Assembly (NCBI GenBank): GCA_026395515.1
Contig: JAPLYN010000005.1
Location: 111,521 to 175,520, forward strand
Direction: 5' to 3'
Source of the DNA: Candidatus Peregrinibacteria bacterium
Lineage (GTDB): Bacteria > Patescibacteriota > Gracilibacteria > UBA1369 > LOWO2-01-FULL-3
DNA: 64,000 nucleotides
Under the pieces are notes generated by a model. It was not told where the DNA came from. It saw only the letters and a program-made list of their open reading frames with translations, and ran no database searches. The position numbers and the translations under genes are program-made. Of this stretch, positions 8,945-17,933 are shown piece by piece (the first letter of the stretch is position 1; every line of letters starts with the position of its first letter).

Positions 8945-11900
8945 TTATGCCAAAATGGAAGAAATGCTTTCTTTTAAAGTGTCAGAAACGTCTACCCCAA
9001 AAGGTAATTTAATCTTTTTCTTGGCGTCAGACAAAAACAATTCCACGGTCACATTTCCCTTATTCGCCTCAAGCAATTCCTTGAGAGCCTTCATTTTAGT
9101 AGCAGAAACTTTTTCAGGGATAGTAATCAAATAGGATTCCGCAGCCTTGTGAATCAAAGCCTCCGCCTCATTATCCGCCCAAATGTCATCAATTAATCTA
9201 ATAGCAATATCAGACTTATCTTCAGGATTATAAGTACCAGCTTCCTTAGCATTCGAAATCATTGTATTCAGAGAAAGAATTTTCGCATTGTCACAGGCTA
9301 TCTGACACTGACCGCGTTTATTATCCAGACGACCATTCACACCAACAACCTGATCCTCCACAATTTCATTTCCAAAATTAGCAAAATTCTTTGGGAACAT
9401 AATTGCAGAAATTTTTCCTGAAGGATCTTCAATAGTAAATGTCGCCATAAAACCACCAGCCTTCGTCATAATTTTTCTAAGACCTGTAACCAAACCAACA
9501 ATTCTCACAGGCTTATCCAGCTGCTTCTTTGTAAGGGTTCCAACCAAATGACCTTTTCGTGAAATATATTTTCTAAGTCCGCGAAGTGGATGGCTAGTTA
9601 CATACATTCCCAAAAATTCTTTTTCCCATTTCAAGCACTGCATATTCGTAGATTTTGGAAAATCTTTGAATTCCAATTTACAATCTTTATTAATATCACC
9701 ATCATCCATTGCGCCAAAAATATCTGTCTGACCGTTGCTTTCCACTTCCTGAGAATATTTTGCGAACTTAGATACAGCTTCATAGTTTTCGGCAATTTGA
9801 TTTCTATCTCCAAACTCGCTTAAAGCTCCACTATATGCCAAGGCCTGCACCATTTTTTTATTAACAAAATGTGACGGAACACGTTTGGCAAAATCTTCGA
9901 GAGACTTAAACTTTCCAGATTTTTCGCGAGCAACAATTATTTCATTAATAGCACCTTCACCAATTCCTTTAATTGCCAAAAGTCCAAAGCGTATAGTCTT
10001 TTGGTCTACGATAGAAAAATTAGTAAAAGATTCATTTACTGATGGAGGTAAAACATCCAGGCCCATCTCGTTACACTCCTTAATTTCCAAAACAACTCTG
10101 TCCGTAGTAGTCGCGTCACTGCAAAGCAAAGCAGTCATGAACTCAATTGGATAATGAGCTTTCAAATATGCAGTTTGATAAGCAATCAAACCATAACAAG
10201 CCGCATGAGCTTTATTAAAACCGTAACCGGCAAAAGGCTCAATAACTTCCTTGAAAACCTCCTCAGCAAATTTTTGTTTATGACCATTTTTCACCGAACC
10301 TTCTACGAATTTCTCTCTTTGTTTAGCAAGCAACGCAGGGATTTTTTTACCTACAGCTTTACGCAAAATATCCGCTTCACCCAAAGAGAATCCGGCAAAA
10401 TCTCTAGCAATTTGCAAAATTTGCTCCTGATAAACTGCAACTCCGTATGTCGGTGCCAAAATTGATTTAAATGAAGGATCCAAATAATGCACAGATTCTG
10501 GATCATGTTTTCCCTTAATATAAGTAGGAATCCATTCCATAGGACCAGGTCTATAAAGAGCACCCATCGCCACTATATCCTCAAAAATTGTAGGCTTCAG
10601 CTCCTTCAAATACCTCTTCATTCCGGCAGACTCCAGCTGAAATACACCAGTAGTATCTGCCCTCTGAAGTAATTCAAAAGTCTTCAAATCATCCATTGGA
10701 ATATTATTGATATCCACGGACTCAGATTTTGTAATTTTAATTATTTCCTCAGTTTTTTCAATTACCGTTAAATTTCTTAAGCCTAGGAAGTCCATTTTCA
10801 ATAGACCAAGCTCTTCAATCGGCTTCATCGAATACTGAGTCACGATTTCAGTTCCTCCACTCGCACCGTATTGCAAAGGTGTGTATTCAGTAAGCGGATG
10901 ATCAGAAATTACTACAGCACACGCATGAGTACCAGCGTGTCTCACTGTACCCTCGAGCTTCATCGCGTAATCCAAAAGAGTTTTAGCGCGAGGATCTTTC
11001 GTGTAAATATCCTTCATTTCAGGATTATCAACAATGGAAGTTTTCAAAGGAACATGCTTACCAAGAATAGGAGCAGGAATAGCTTTTGATAGCTTATCAA
11101 CTTCAGAATAAGGATAACCTAAAGCGCGACCAACATCTCTTACAGCAGCTTTTGGAGCCATTGTTCCAAAAGTAATAATTTGGGCAACATTATCGCGTCC
11201 ATATTTTTTCGTAACATATTCAAGTACTTCAGCTCTTCTCGTATCGGCAAAATCCACATCAATATCCGGCATGCTCACACGTTCTGGATTCAAGAAACGC
11301 TCGAAAAACAAACCATGTTTAATTGGATCAAGATCGGTAATTCTTAATGACCACGCCAAAATAGAACCAGCAGCGGATCCTCGTCCTGGACCTACCACGA
11401 TCTTCTGACTCTTCGCATAATTAATAAAATCATGAACAATCAAAAAGTAGGTGTCAAAACCCATACTATGTACAGTTTGCATTTCAAATGCGAGACGTTC
11501 CCAGTAAGAATCAGGAACACTGCGACCTTCAAAACGAGATTTCAATCCCTCATAACAAAGAGCTTTCAAATAATCCTCAGCCTTCTCCCCATTAGGAGTA
11601 GGGAAGGCCGGCAATAAATTCACACCAAAGGTGAAATCAACATTACATCTTTCAGCAATCTTGACCGTATTTTCAATAGCCTCAGGAGTATCACTGAAAA
11701 CTTCACGTAACTCCTTCACATCTCTAATAGAAAAGTCACCGGTGTATCTCATTCTATTTTCATCGCTCACAATACTTCCTGTCTGAATACAAAGAAGAAT
11801 ATCATGAGCTGCACTATCTTGAGGTCTAGGATAATGAGAATCGCAAGTCACTACCAATCCTAGTCCATAATGCTTAGATAATTCTTTTAATTTCTTATTA

Positions 11901-12457
11901 ACAATGCATTGCTGCTCGAGCAAAGGATGATCCTGCATTTCCAAGAAGAAATTATTCTTACCATAGATTTCGATATAAGTCTCAATTAACTTATGCATTT
12001 CCTCCTCATTTCCAGAAAGGATAGTTCTAGGTAAATGCGCAGCAATACAACCACTCAAAACAATTAAACCTTTATTGTAAGCTTTTAGTAATCCGTAATC
12101 CACTCTAGGTTTATAATAAAAACCTTCAAGGTGAGCTTTTGTTATAAGCTGAACCAAATTCTTATATCCTTCATTAGTCTCTGCCAAAGTCGTTAAATGA
12201 TAAGGCTTCACATCCACCTTCGCTTCCTTATCAAATCTCGTTCTATTTGCCACATAAAGCTCACATCCAAGCACCGGTTTTATTCCAGCCGCCTTTGCCG
12301 CCTTATAAAACTCAATCAATCCATAACCCACACCATGGTCAGTCAAAGCAGCACCAGGATAACCCAGCTCCTTTGCTCTAGCTACTATATCAGCCGGACT
12401 TCCAAATCCATCCAACAAACTATAGTGAGAGTGCCCGTGTAAATTTACGAAAGACAT
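8945..12457 (-). CDS. dnaE: DNA polymerase III alpha subunit
   Basis: 1170 aa. PHP N-terminus MSFVNLHGHSHYSLLDG, polymerase core PDIDVDF, LLKMDFLGLRNL. Confidence 0.95.
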   Translation of the reverse strand: MSFVNLHGHSHYSLLDGFGSPADIVARAKELGYPGAALTDHGVGYGLIEFYKAAKAAGIKPVLGCELYVANRTRFDKEAKVDVKPYHLTTLAETNEGYKNLVQLITKAHLEGFYYKPRVDYGLLKAYNKGLIVLSGCIAAHLPRTILSGNEEEMHKLIETYIEIYGKNNFFLEMQDHPLLEQQCIVNKKLKELSKHYGLGLVVTCDSHYPRPQDSAAHDILLCIQTGSIVSDENRMRYTGDFSIRDVKELREVFSDTPEAIENTVKIAERCNVDFTFGVNLLPAFPTPNGEKAEDYLKALCYEGLKSRFEGRSVPDSYWERLAFEMQTVHSMGFDTYFLIVHDFINYAKSQKIVVGPGRGSAAGSILAWSLRITDLDPIKHGLFFERFLNPERVSMPDIDVDFADTRRAEVLEYVTKKYGRDNVAQIITFGTMAPKAAVRDVGRALGYPYSEVDKLSKAIPAPILGKHVPLKTSIVDNPEMKDIYTKDPRAKTLLDYAMKLEGTVRHAGTHACAVVISDHPLTEYTPLQYGASGGTEIVTQYSMKPIEELGLLKMDFLGLRNLTVIEKTEEIIKITKSESVDINNIPMDDLKTFELLQRADTTGVFQLESAGMKRYLKELKPTIFEDIVAMGALYRPGPMEWIPTYIKGKHDPESVHYLDPSFKSILAPTYGVAVYQEQILQIARDFAGFSLGEADILRKAVGKKIPALLAKQREKFVEGSVKNGHKQKFAEEVFKEVIEPFAGYGFNKAHAACYGLIAYQTAYLKAHYPIEFMTALLCSDATTTDRVVLEIKECNEMGLDVLPPSVNESFTNFSIVDQKTIRFGLLAIKGIGEGAINEIIVAREKSGKFKSLEDFAKRVPSHFVNKKMVQALAYSGALSEFGDRNQIAENYEAVSKFAKYSQEVESNGQTDIFGAMDDGDINKDCKLEFKDFPKSTNMQCLKWEKEFLGMYVTSHPLRGLRKYISRKGHLVGTLTKKQLDKPVRIVGLVTGLRKIMTKAGGFMATFTIEDPSGKISAIMFPKNFANFGNEIVEDQVVGVNGRLDNKRGQCQIACDNAKILSLNTMISNAKEAGTYNPEDKSDIAIRLIDDIWADNEAEALIHKAAESYLITIPEKVSATKMKALKELLEANKGNVTVELFLSDAKKKIKLPFGVDVSDTLKESISSILA

Positions 12458-12459
12458 AA

Positions 12460-12780
12460 TTAACCAAGCTTAGACAATAAATGTACATGCAAATGAAAAA
12501 TTTCCTGACCGCCATCCTTGCCCACATTAATCTGCAATTTATATCCACTCAAACCCAAATCCTGTCCAAGTTTCTTAGCAACATGCAATAAATGACCAGC
12601 AATCTTCTCGTCACCATCCTCCATTTCAGAAATAGAATGAATATGTTTTTTAGGAACAATTAGTAGGTGAGTATTATCCTTTGGATGAATATCTTTAAAA
12701 ACTACGCACTTATCATCCTCATGCAAAAACTTGCAAGGTATCTCACTAGTTATAATTTTACAAAAAACACAATCATTCAT
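12460..12780 (-). CDS. HIT-family nucleotide hydrolase/transferase
   Basis: Histidine triad HLHVHLL and N-terminal CVFCKI; 2 nt upstream of dnaE. Confidence 0.85.
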   Translation of the reverse strand: MNDCVFCKIITSEIPCKFLHEDDKCVVFKDIHPKDNTHLLIVPKKHIHSISEMEDGDEKIAGHLLHVAKKLGQDLGLSGYKLQINVGKDGGQEIFHLHVHLLSKLG

Positions 12781-12823
12781 AAAATAAGGATAAATTACGA
12801 ATGGATTATCACTCAGTTTCTAA

Positions 12824-13936
12824 CTATTTCCTAGTGGAAATTTTGTCCTTCTTTTTTTCATCCAACTTGTAAACAGCACGACCCACACGAACGAATTGTG
12901 GATTTTTCTGAAGATTTAAAGAAATTGTGCCCTTCTTCACATGTCTCTGTTTAAGAACTCCTTCAATAATTTCCTGCTTAGTCATTGTAAGCTTCTGTCT
13001 TAGAAGATCCTCAATAACCTCAGCAACAGTTCCTTTCTTGTAGCCGGACTCCTTCAAAGCGTAAAGACCACGACCAACCAATACAAACTGATCGTATCTG
13101 ATCAATTCATTATGTACAGCCTGAATAGTTACCACTTTTTTATCAAAGCCAGACTCAGAAATCTTATTTGCAATTTCAACGAAATGTAATGGTTTATCTT
13201 CTCTCTTAAGAACGATATAAGCTTTATCACGAATACTTCTTGGATTGATATGTCTCCAAGTCATTAAACCAAAAGCACCTTCCATTCTCTTAATTCTTTT
13301 ATCAACCTCAAGAGTTGAAACGATCATTGGATCAGCATAGCCAGCCAATTTTTCAGCTAAAACCTGTCTAATCTGAGTAACAACTTTTGCATCAGTCAAA
13401 ACATCAGCACGTTTCTTCAAAATCTTAATACCAGTAGAGATAACGTTATTAATCAAAGCCATATCTATAGTCTTTAGACGCCAGAATGGATTGTAAACGT
13501 TAGTCTTCTCAACTAGTTCGATATTAGCGTTAATATTCAAAGCAAGGCTGATGATATTAGCATCAACATGCTCAGTAGACTTAATAAAATTCAAAATTTC
13601 AGCAATAAGCTTAGTTTCAGCTAAAACACCTCCATTATCAGAGATGATTTTATCAGCAATATCGTTTACTAGGTTTAATTTTGTAGTTTGAACAGTTCTT
13701 CGAAGCTTACCCAATGCAATTTTCTCAATCTGACGGATTCTTTCTCTAGTTACAGAAAAATGCTGACCAATGCTTTCAAGAGTCCTCTTAGGCTTATTAT
13801 CTAAACTAAAGCGCTGAACAATAACATCTTTTTCCTTGGTAGTTAACACCATGAACATGTCTTCTATAACCTCAGCGAGGTTCACTTGCAATGCGATTGG
13901 ATCTTGAGCCATAGGTAAATAATTAATTCTAGGCAA
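12824..13936 (-). CDS. Sigma-70 region-4 HTH protein with C-terminal HARE-HTH/winged-helix modules (not a full sigma factor)
   Basis: LESIGQHFSVTRERIRQIEKIALGKLRR is a region-4 HTH; no region 2 is seen. The C-terminus LHFVEIANKI...VHNELIRYDQFVLVGRGLYAL is HARE-HTH-like. The listed start is TTG; the ATG at 13912 is more likely. Confidence 0.6.
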   Translation of the reverse strand: MPRINYLPMAQDPIALQVNLAEVIEDMFMVLTTKEKDVIVQRFSLDNKPKRTLESIGQHFSVTRERIRQIEKIALGKLRRTVQTTKLNLVNDIADKIISDNGGVLAETKLIAEILNFIKSTEHVDANIISLALNINANIELVEKTNVYNPFWRLKTIDMALINNVISTGIKILKKRADVLTDAKVVTQIRQVLAEKLAGYADPMIVSTLEVDKRIKRMEGAFGLMTWRHINPRSIRDKAYIVLKREDKPLHFVEIANKISESGFDKKVVTIQAVHNELIRYDQFVLVGRGLYALKESGYKKGTVAEVIEDLLRQKLTMTKQEIIEGVLKQRHVKKGTISLNLQKNPQFVRVGRAVYKLDEKKKDKISTRK

Positions 13937-14123
13937 TTTCTGTGACAGTAAGATATTATTTACTCATTACATTGTCAAGCAAGAAATTTGCACTTTGCGC
14001 AATATTATTTTAAAGATAAAGATAATAGGGATTAAATTACGCCACAATTTTAAATTAGTCAAATAGATTTTTCTTGTTGCAAAATAGTAAACACGAAGTA
14101 AAATGAACCAGCTACCGCATAAT

Positions 14124-14208
14124 GGGCGAGTGGCGAAACTGGCAGACGCACTAGCCTTAGGAGCTAGCGATGAAAGTCATGAGGGTTCAAGTCCCTCCTC
14201 GCCCACCA
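14124..14208 (+). tRNA. tRNA-Leu (anticodon TAG)
   Basis: 85 nt. Acceptor GGGCGAG/CTCGCCC, anticodon loop CTTAGGA, long variable arm, T-arm GAGGG-TTCAAGT-CCCTC, encoded CCA. Confidence 0.9.
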
Positions 14209-14217
14209 AAGTGGCTC

Positions 14218-15312
14218 TCACGAGAGCTTCTCTCCTTTTTCTAGCTGAGAATTAAGCACCTTAAAAACAATCTCCATTATTCTTGATTTATCTATAAAAG
14301 GTCCCTGTCCATTTGGATATCTAGGAGCACCACCAATATTATCTGCTCCACCCCAACCAGTTCTAAGCATTCTTTCGTCAGTAATGCCGTGACTAACCTT
14401 TTCGGCCAACTCAGCTTCATTTAGAGCATTCCAAACAGGAGCAAGAGTAAATTGACTCAAAAGACCAGATAATTTCACAGTCCACTTGCTCTTTCCATCA
14501 TGCAAAATTACGCAGGCTGGATCAGAATCCTTCAATAATTCTTTTTCTACCTCGTAAATTCCAGCACTTTCCAACCTCACGAAACTCACAGATTGTCCAT
14601 TACTCAAGGTTTCCTTTTGACGAACATCCACCTTTACCGGTTCTTCAAATGAGTTTCTCTGAAACGCAAATCTATCAATATCATGCAAAGAACTTTCCAC
14701 AAAATCAGTATAGTCAATTGCACTCCAGCGGCCTCCAGTTTTCACTTTATGCTCTTTACGCATCAACCAACCAAGTTTACCTCTGATCTCAACAATTTGG
14801 TCAGCAGTTAAACCAGTTAACTCTTCAGAACCAAAGCCTAAACCGTCAATATTTCCCTCTAATTGAAAAAGAGGAAGAACTCTTTTAAATGCTTGATCAT
14901 CGTAAGCAATTGTATCGGCATTCAAAAGTGCCCAAGAAGCCAACCGTGTATCTAAATCTGGATCATTTCCCATAATTTTGTGACCCATTGCTCCAATAAC
15001 CCTGCGTCTAGTAAACAAAATAGCCTGCATACAGGTAGCAAGCGTAATCTGCCTAATGCATTCAGCATGATGATCCAAAGAATAGATTCTTCTCTGAGCA
15101 TCCATATATGGACCATTGCAGGCTCCATCCAAATAAACAACTCCGCTTGGGTGTTCAGGTGATTGCAAATGAGGAATTTCAACCTGAAACCCACGCTCCA
15201 TAAAAAGCCTATTCCCACCACTTCCTAGATCTTTCCTAGAGATTGATTTAAGGTCTTTATCCCCAAATAATCTAGAAACTCCAACCTCATATCTATTGCT
15301 CGACTCACTCAT
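14218..15312 (-). CDS. Hypothetical protein with DHH-phosphoesterase-like motifs
   Basis: 364-aa ORF with an ATG start. Motifs VVYLDGA, SLDHH and GNDPDLDT loosely resemble DHH-family motifs. No family recognised. Confidence 0.55.
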   Translation of the reverse strand: MSESSNRYEVGVSRLFGDKDLKSISRKDLGSGGNRLFMERGFQVEIPHLQSPEHPSGVVYLDGACNGPYMDAQRRIYSLDHHAECIRQITLATCMQAILFTRRRVIGAMGHKIMGNDPDLDTRLASWALLNADTIAYDDQAFKRVLPLFQLEGNIDGLGFGSEELTGLTADQIVEIRGKLGWLMRKEHKVKTGGRWSAIDYTDFVESSLHDIDRFAFQRNSFEEPVKVDVRQKETLSNGQSVSFVRLESAGIYEVEKELLKDSDPACVILHDGKSKWTVKLSGLLSQFTLAPVWNALNEAELAEKVSHGITDERMLRTGWGGADNIGGAPRYPNGQGPFIDKSRIMEIVFKVLNSQLEKGEKLS

Positions 15313-15374
15313 AAAGAGAGAAATTTAGTTCAAGAATAGACAATAGGCCTATTGCAAAATTTGTCAATGAAGCA

Positions 15375-16343
15375 CTAAGCCACTATCCTCAAGCTCATAT
15401 CTAAACTCTGAATTCCAGAAGTCAGACAGCCCATTGAAATAATATCTACGCCAGATTTAGCGTAATCTAAAACTGTATTTTCATTAATTCGACCGGAAGC
15501 CTCGAAAAGAATATTATCGTGCAATCCCAGTGCTTTCACCTTATCTATAGCAATCTTTGTCTCGTCAGCGCTTACATTATCAATTAAAGCCACACCCACA
15601 GACTTAATTCCGCCGCCCAAGTATTTAGGGAAAGTCTGCGCCAATTTCACAACTTCCTCCACATTTCCAACCTCTACCTCCACAAATCTACAATCCAAAT
15701 TAGCAGCCGCAATTTTTCCAAGAACCATGTTAAAGTCATGACCGGCTATATCCATATGAGTATTTTTCACCAAAACAGCATCGGCTAAATTGAGCCTATG
15801 GCTTCCACCACCGCCAATCACCACTGCTTTTCTATCAATCCATCCCCACAAAGCTTTACGAGTAGGAGTAATCATTACATCGTAATCTTTAATCAAATTT
15901 ACAATTCTTCTCGTCATCGTAGCGATCGCACTCATTCTCATTATCAAATTAAGCACAGTTCTTTCCACAGCAAGCAAATCGTGAAGCTCGGCTTCAATTT
16001 CAATTAGTATATCTCCTTTTTTAATTTCATCTCCATCTTTCACATTAAATTTCAATTTGAATCCATCCTTAATTCTCGGTCTGAATTGAGCATCAGCATC
16101 TACTAAAAAATATTGGATTTCCTCACGTCCGGCAAAAATACCATCCTCCTTAGCCACTATATTAGCCTTCACCATTTTTTTCTCAGTAAAAACACTATCA
16201 GAAGTAATATCTCCTTTAGTTCCAAGATCCTTTTCTAATTCCAAAAATGTATAACGGAAAACCCACTGCTTATAAGTAGAATTTTCTATTCTAAGCATAC
16301 TATCAGCCTTGTGAGTAAAATTTCTTAATGATTTTCTGTCCAT
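15375..16343 (-). CDS. nadC: Nicotinate-nucleotide (quinolinate) pyrophosphorylase
   Basis: ERTVLNLIMRMSAIAT and TRKALWGW...KAVVIGGGGSHRLNLADAVLVKNTH match NadC signatures. Confidence 0.85.
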   Translation of the reverse strand: MDRKSLRNFTHKADSMLRIENSTYKQWVFRYTFLELEKDLGTKGDITSDSVFTEKKMVKANIVAKEDGIFAGREEIQYFLVDADAQFRPRIKDGFKLKFNVKDGDEIKKGDILIEIEAELHDLLAVERTVLNLIMRMSAIATMTRRIVNLIKDYDVMITPTRKALWGWIDRKAVVIGGGGSHRLNLADAVLVKNTHMDIAGHDFNMVLGKIAAANLDCRFVEVEVGNVEEVVKLAQTFPKYLGGGIKSVGVALIDNVSADETKIAIDKVKALGLHDNILFEASGRINENTVLDYAKSGVDIISMGCLTSGIQSLDMSLRIVA

Positions 16344-16345
16344 AA

Positions 16346-17266
16346 TTACTTAGTTATTTCGAACATTTTTTCGAAAGCTTTTAAGGCCTTCGCCGCCACT
16401 TTAGGGTCTACTCTAACAGGAAATTTCATTGTTTCCAAGGATTTTAATACTCCATCCAAAGTATTCTTTTTCATGTCATAGCACAAATTACACAAACCAT
16501 AGAATTTTTTATTCGGCAATTCTCTATGCAAACGCTCCGTCATTCCACATTCAGTAAGGATAAAAAACTCGTCACCAGGATCATTTCTAGCACAATCAAT
16601 CATACCAGTAGTGCTTGCCACATAGTCAGCAACTTCAAGAACTTCCGGCTTAGATTCTGGATGAGCAATGATCTTCGCTTTAGGATGTAAACGACGCACT
16701 TCATCAATGTAAGATCTATCAACGAAGTGATGAATAGGGCAGTATCCCTCCCACGCAATTATTTTCTTTTCAGGAACTTGTTTCGCCACATAAGCCGCCA
16801 AATTCTTATCCGGCACGAAAATAATTTTTTTCTGAGGCATAGCTCTTACTACTTTTACTGCATTCGACGAAGTACAGCACACATCTGACAAAGCCTTCAC
16901 CTCAGCCGTAGAATTCACGTAGGTCACCACCGCAGCATCAGGATGTTTCCCCTTAAATTCTTTTAATTGTTTAGCCTCAACCATATCCGCCATTGCACAA
17001 CCAGCATCCATATTTGGCACTAATACAATTTTCCCAGGATTTAGAATTACTGCACTTTCAGCCATAAAGTTTACACCACAGAAAACAATCATATCTGCCT
17101 TTGTCTTTGACGCCTCCACGCACAAGCCAAGAGAGTCACCGATAAAATCAGCTACATCGTATATTTCCGGTCTTTGATAATTGTGCACCAAAATAACCGC
17201 ATTCTTTTCTTTCTTGAGTGCGTTGATCTTTTTTACCAAATCCTTATTAGAATTTGAAATTTGCAT
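16346..17266 (-). CDS. nadA: Quinolinate synthase
   Basis: About 300 aa. ILVHNYQRPEI, VNSTAEVKA, HPE and cysteine ligands typical of NadA; 2 nt upstream of nadC. Confidence 0.85.
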   Translation of the reverse strand: MQISNSNKDLVKKINALKKEKNAVILVHNYQRPEIYDVADFIGDSLGLCVEASKTKADMIVFCGVNFMAESAVILNPGKIVLVPNMDAGCAMADMVEAKQLKEFKGKHPDAAVVTYVNSTAEVKALSDVCCTSSNAVKVVRAMPQKKIIFVPDKNLAAYVAKQVPEKKIIAWEGYCPIHHFVDRSYIDEVRRLHPKAKIIAHPESKPEVLEVADYVASTTGMIDCARNDPGDEFFILTECGMTERLHRELPNKKFYGLCNLCYDMKKNTLDGVLKSLETMKFPVRVDPKVAAKALKAFEKMFEITK

Positions 17267-17269
17267 AGA

Positions 17270-17806
17270 CTACATTATGCCATGCACAAAGCGTAGCCAC
17301 AACGTCTTTAATCCATCGAAAGACGCCTTCACTAGCGCTAACAATAAACCTTTTAATTCACGAATTTTCTTTAACACATTATTCATCTCGAAATAACTCA
17401 CTTGTCCAGGAGTTCTAAACATTTTCATCGCCTTCTTATGTAAATATTCAATTTCTTTCTTAATTTCCACCTCAATCTGCTTCTTCATCACAGCCTCAGA
17501 AGGCAAATTTTTCAATAAATTAGCTTTAATAACAGCAGGATCCACTTTTGGAGAAACAGGTTTAGCTCCACCCAAAGAAGTATTATCACCCTCGGTAGAA
17601 TCACCCAAAACTTCAGACACTTTACCAGTCGTTTCCAATGACTCATCAAGACCAACAGCCTCAGCATAAGCCGCCTTTCCAACGTCAGAAGCTTCACGCA
17701 CTTCCTTAGAAGGTTTGAGCTCTTCCTTTTTCTTCAAATCCACCTTGGTTTCCGGGGAAGATGAAAGATTTTCTGGTGAACTGTTTTTACTTGCTGAAAA
17801 ATCCAT
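17270..17806 (-). CDS. Hypothetical protein (low-complexity N-terminus, helical C-terminus)
   Basis: ATG-started ORF ending 3 nt before nadA. No recognisable motif. Confidence 0.45.
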   Translation of the reverse strand: MDFSASKNSSPENLSSSPETKVDLKKKEELKPSKEVREASDVGKAAYAEAVGLDESLETTGKVSEVLGDSTEGDNTSLGGAKPVSPKVDPAVIKANLLKNLPSEAVMKKQIEVEIKKEIEYLHKKAMKMFRTPGQVSYFEMNNVLKKIRELKGLLLALVKASFDGLKTLWLRFVHGIM

Positions 17807-17933
17807 TTTTTTTGATAAACTACTCTTAGTAATTATAAATTATCTTGATTGCGATGTCAATCTGGCTTTAGAGCGCTTTCGTTTGGAATAAACTCCACTT
17901 TTTGCTAGTATTTCATCAAAATAATTTTAAAAA

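Noticed and set aside
9590-12442. Many 60-100-aa ORFs antisense to or out of frame with dnaE. Similar ORFs occur inside valS, the VirD4-like genes and others.
   Set aside because: They are embedded in long, well-supported genes, have low-complexity translations, and lack independent start signals.
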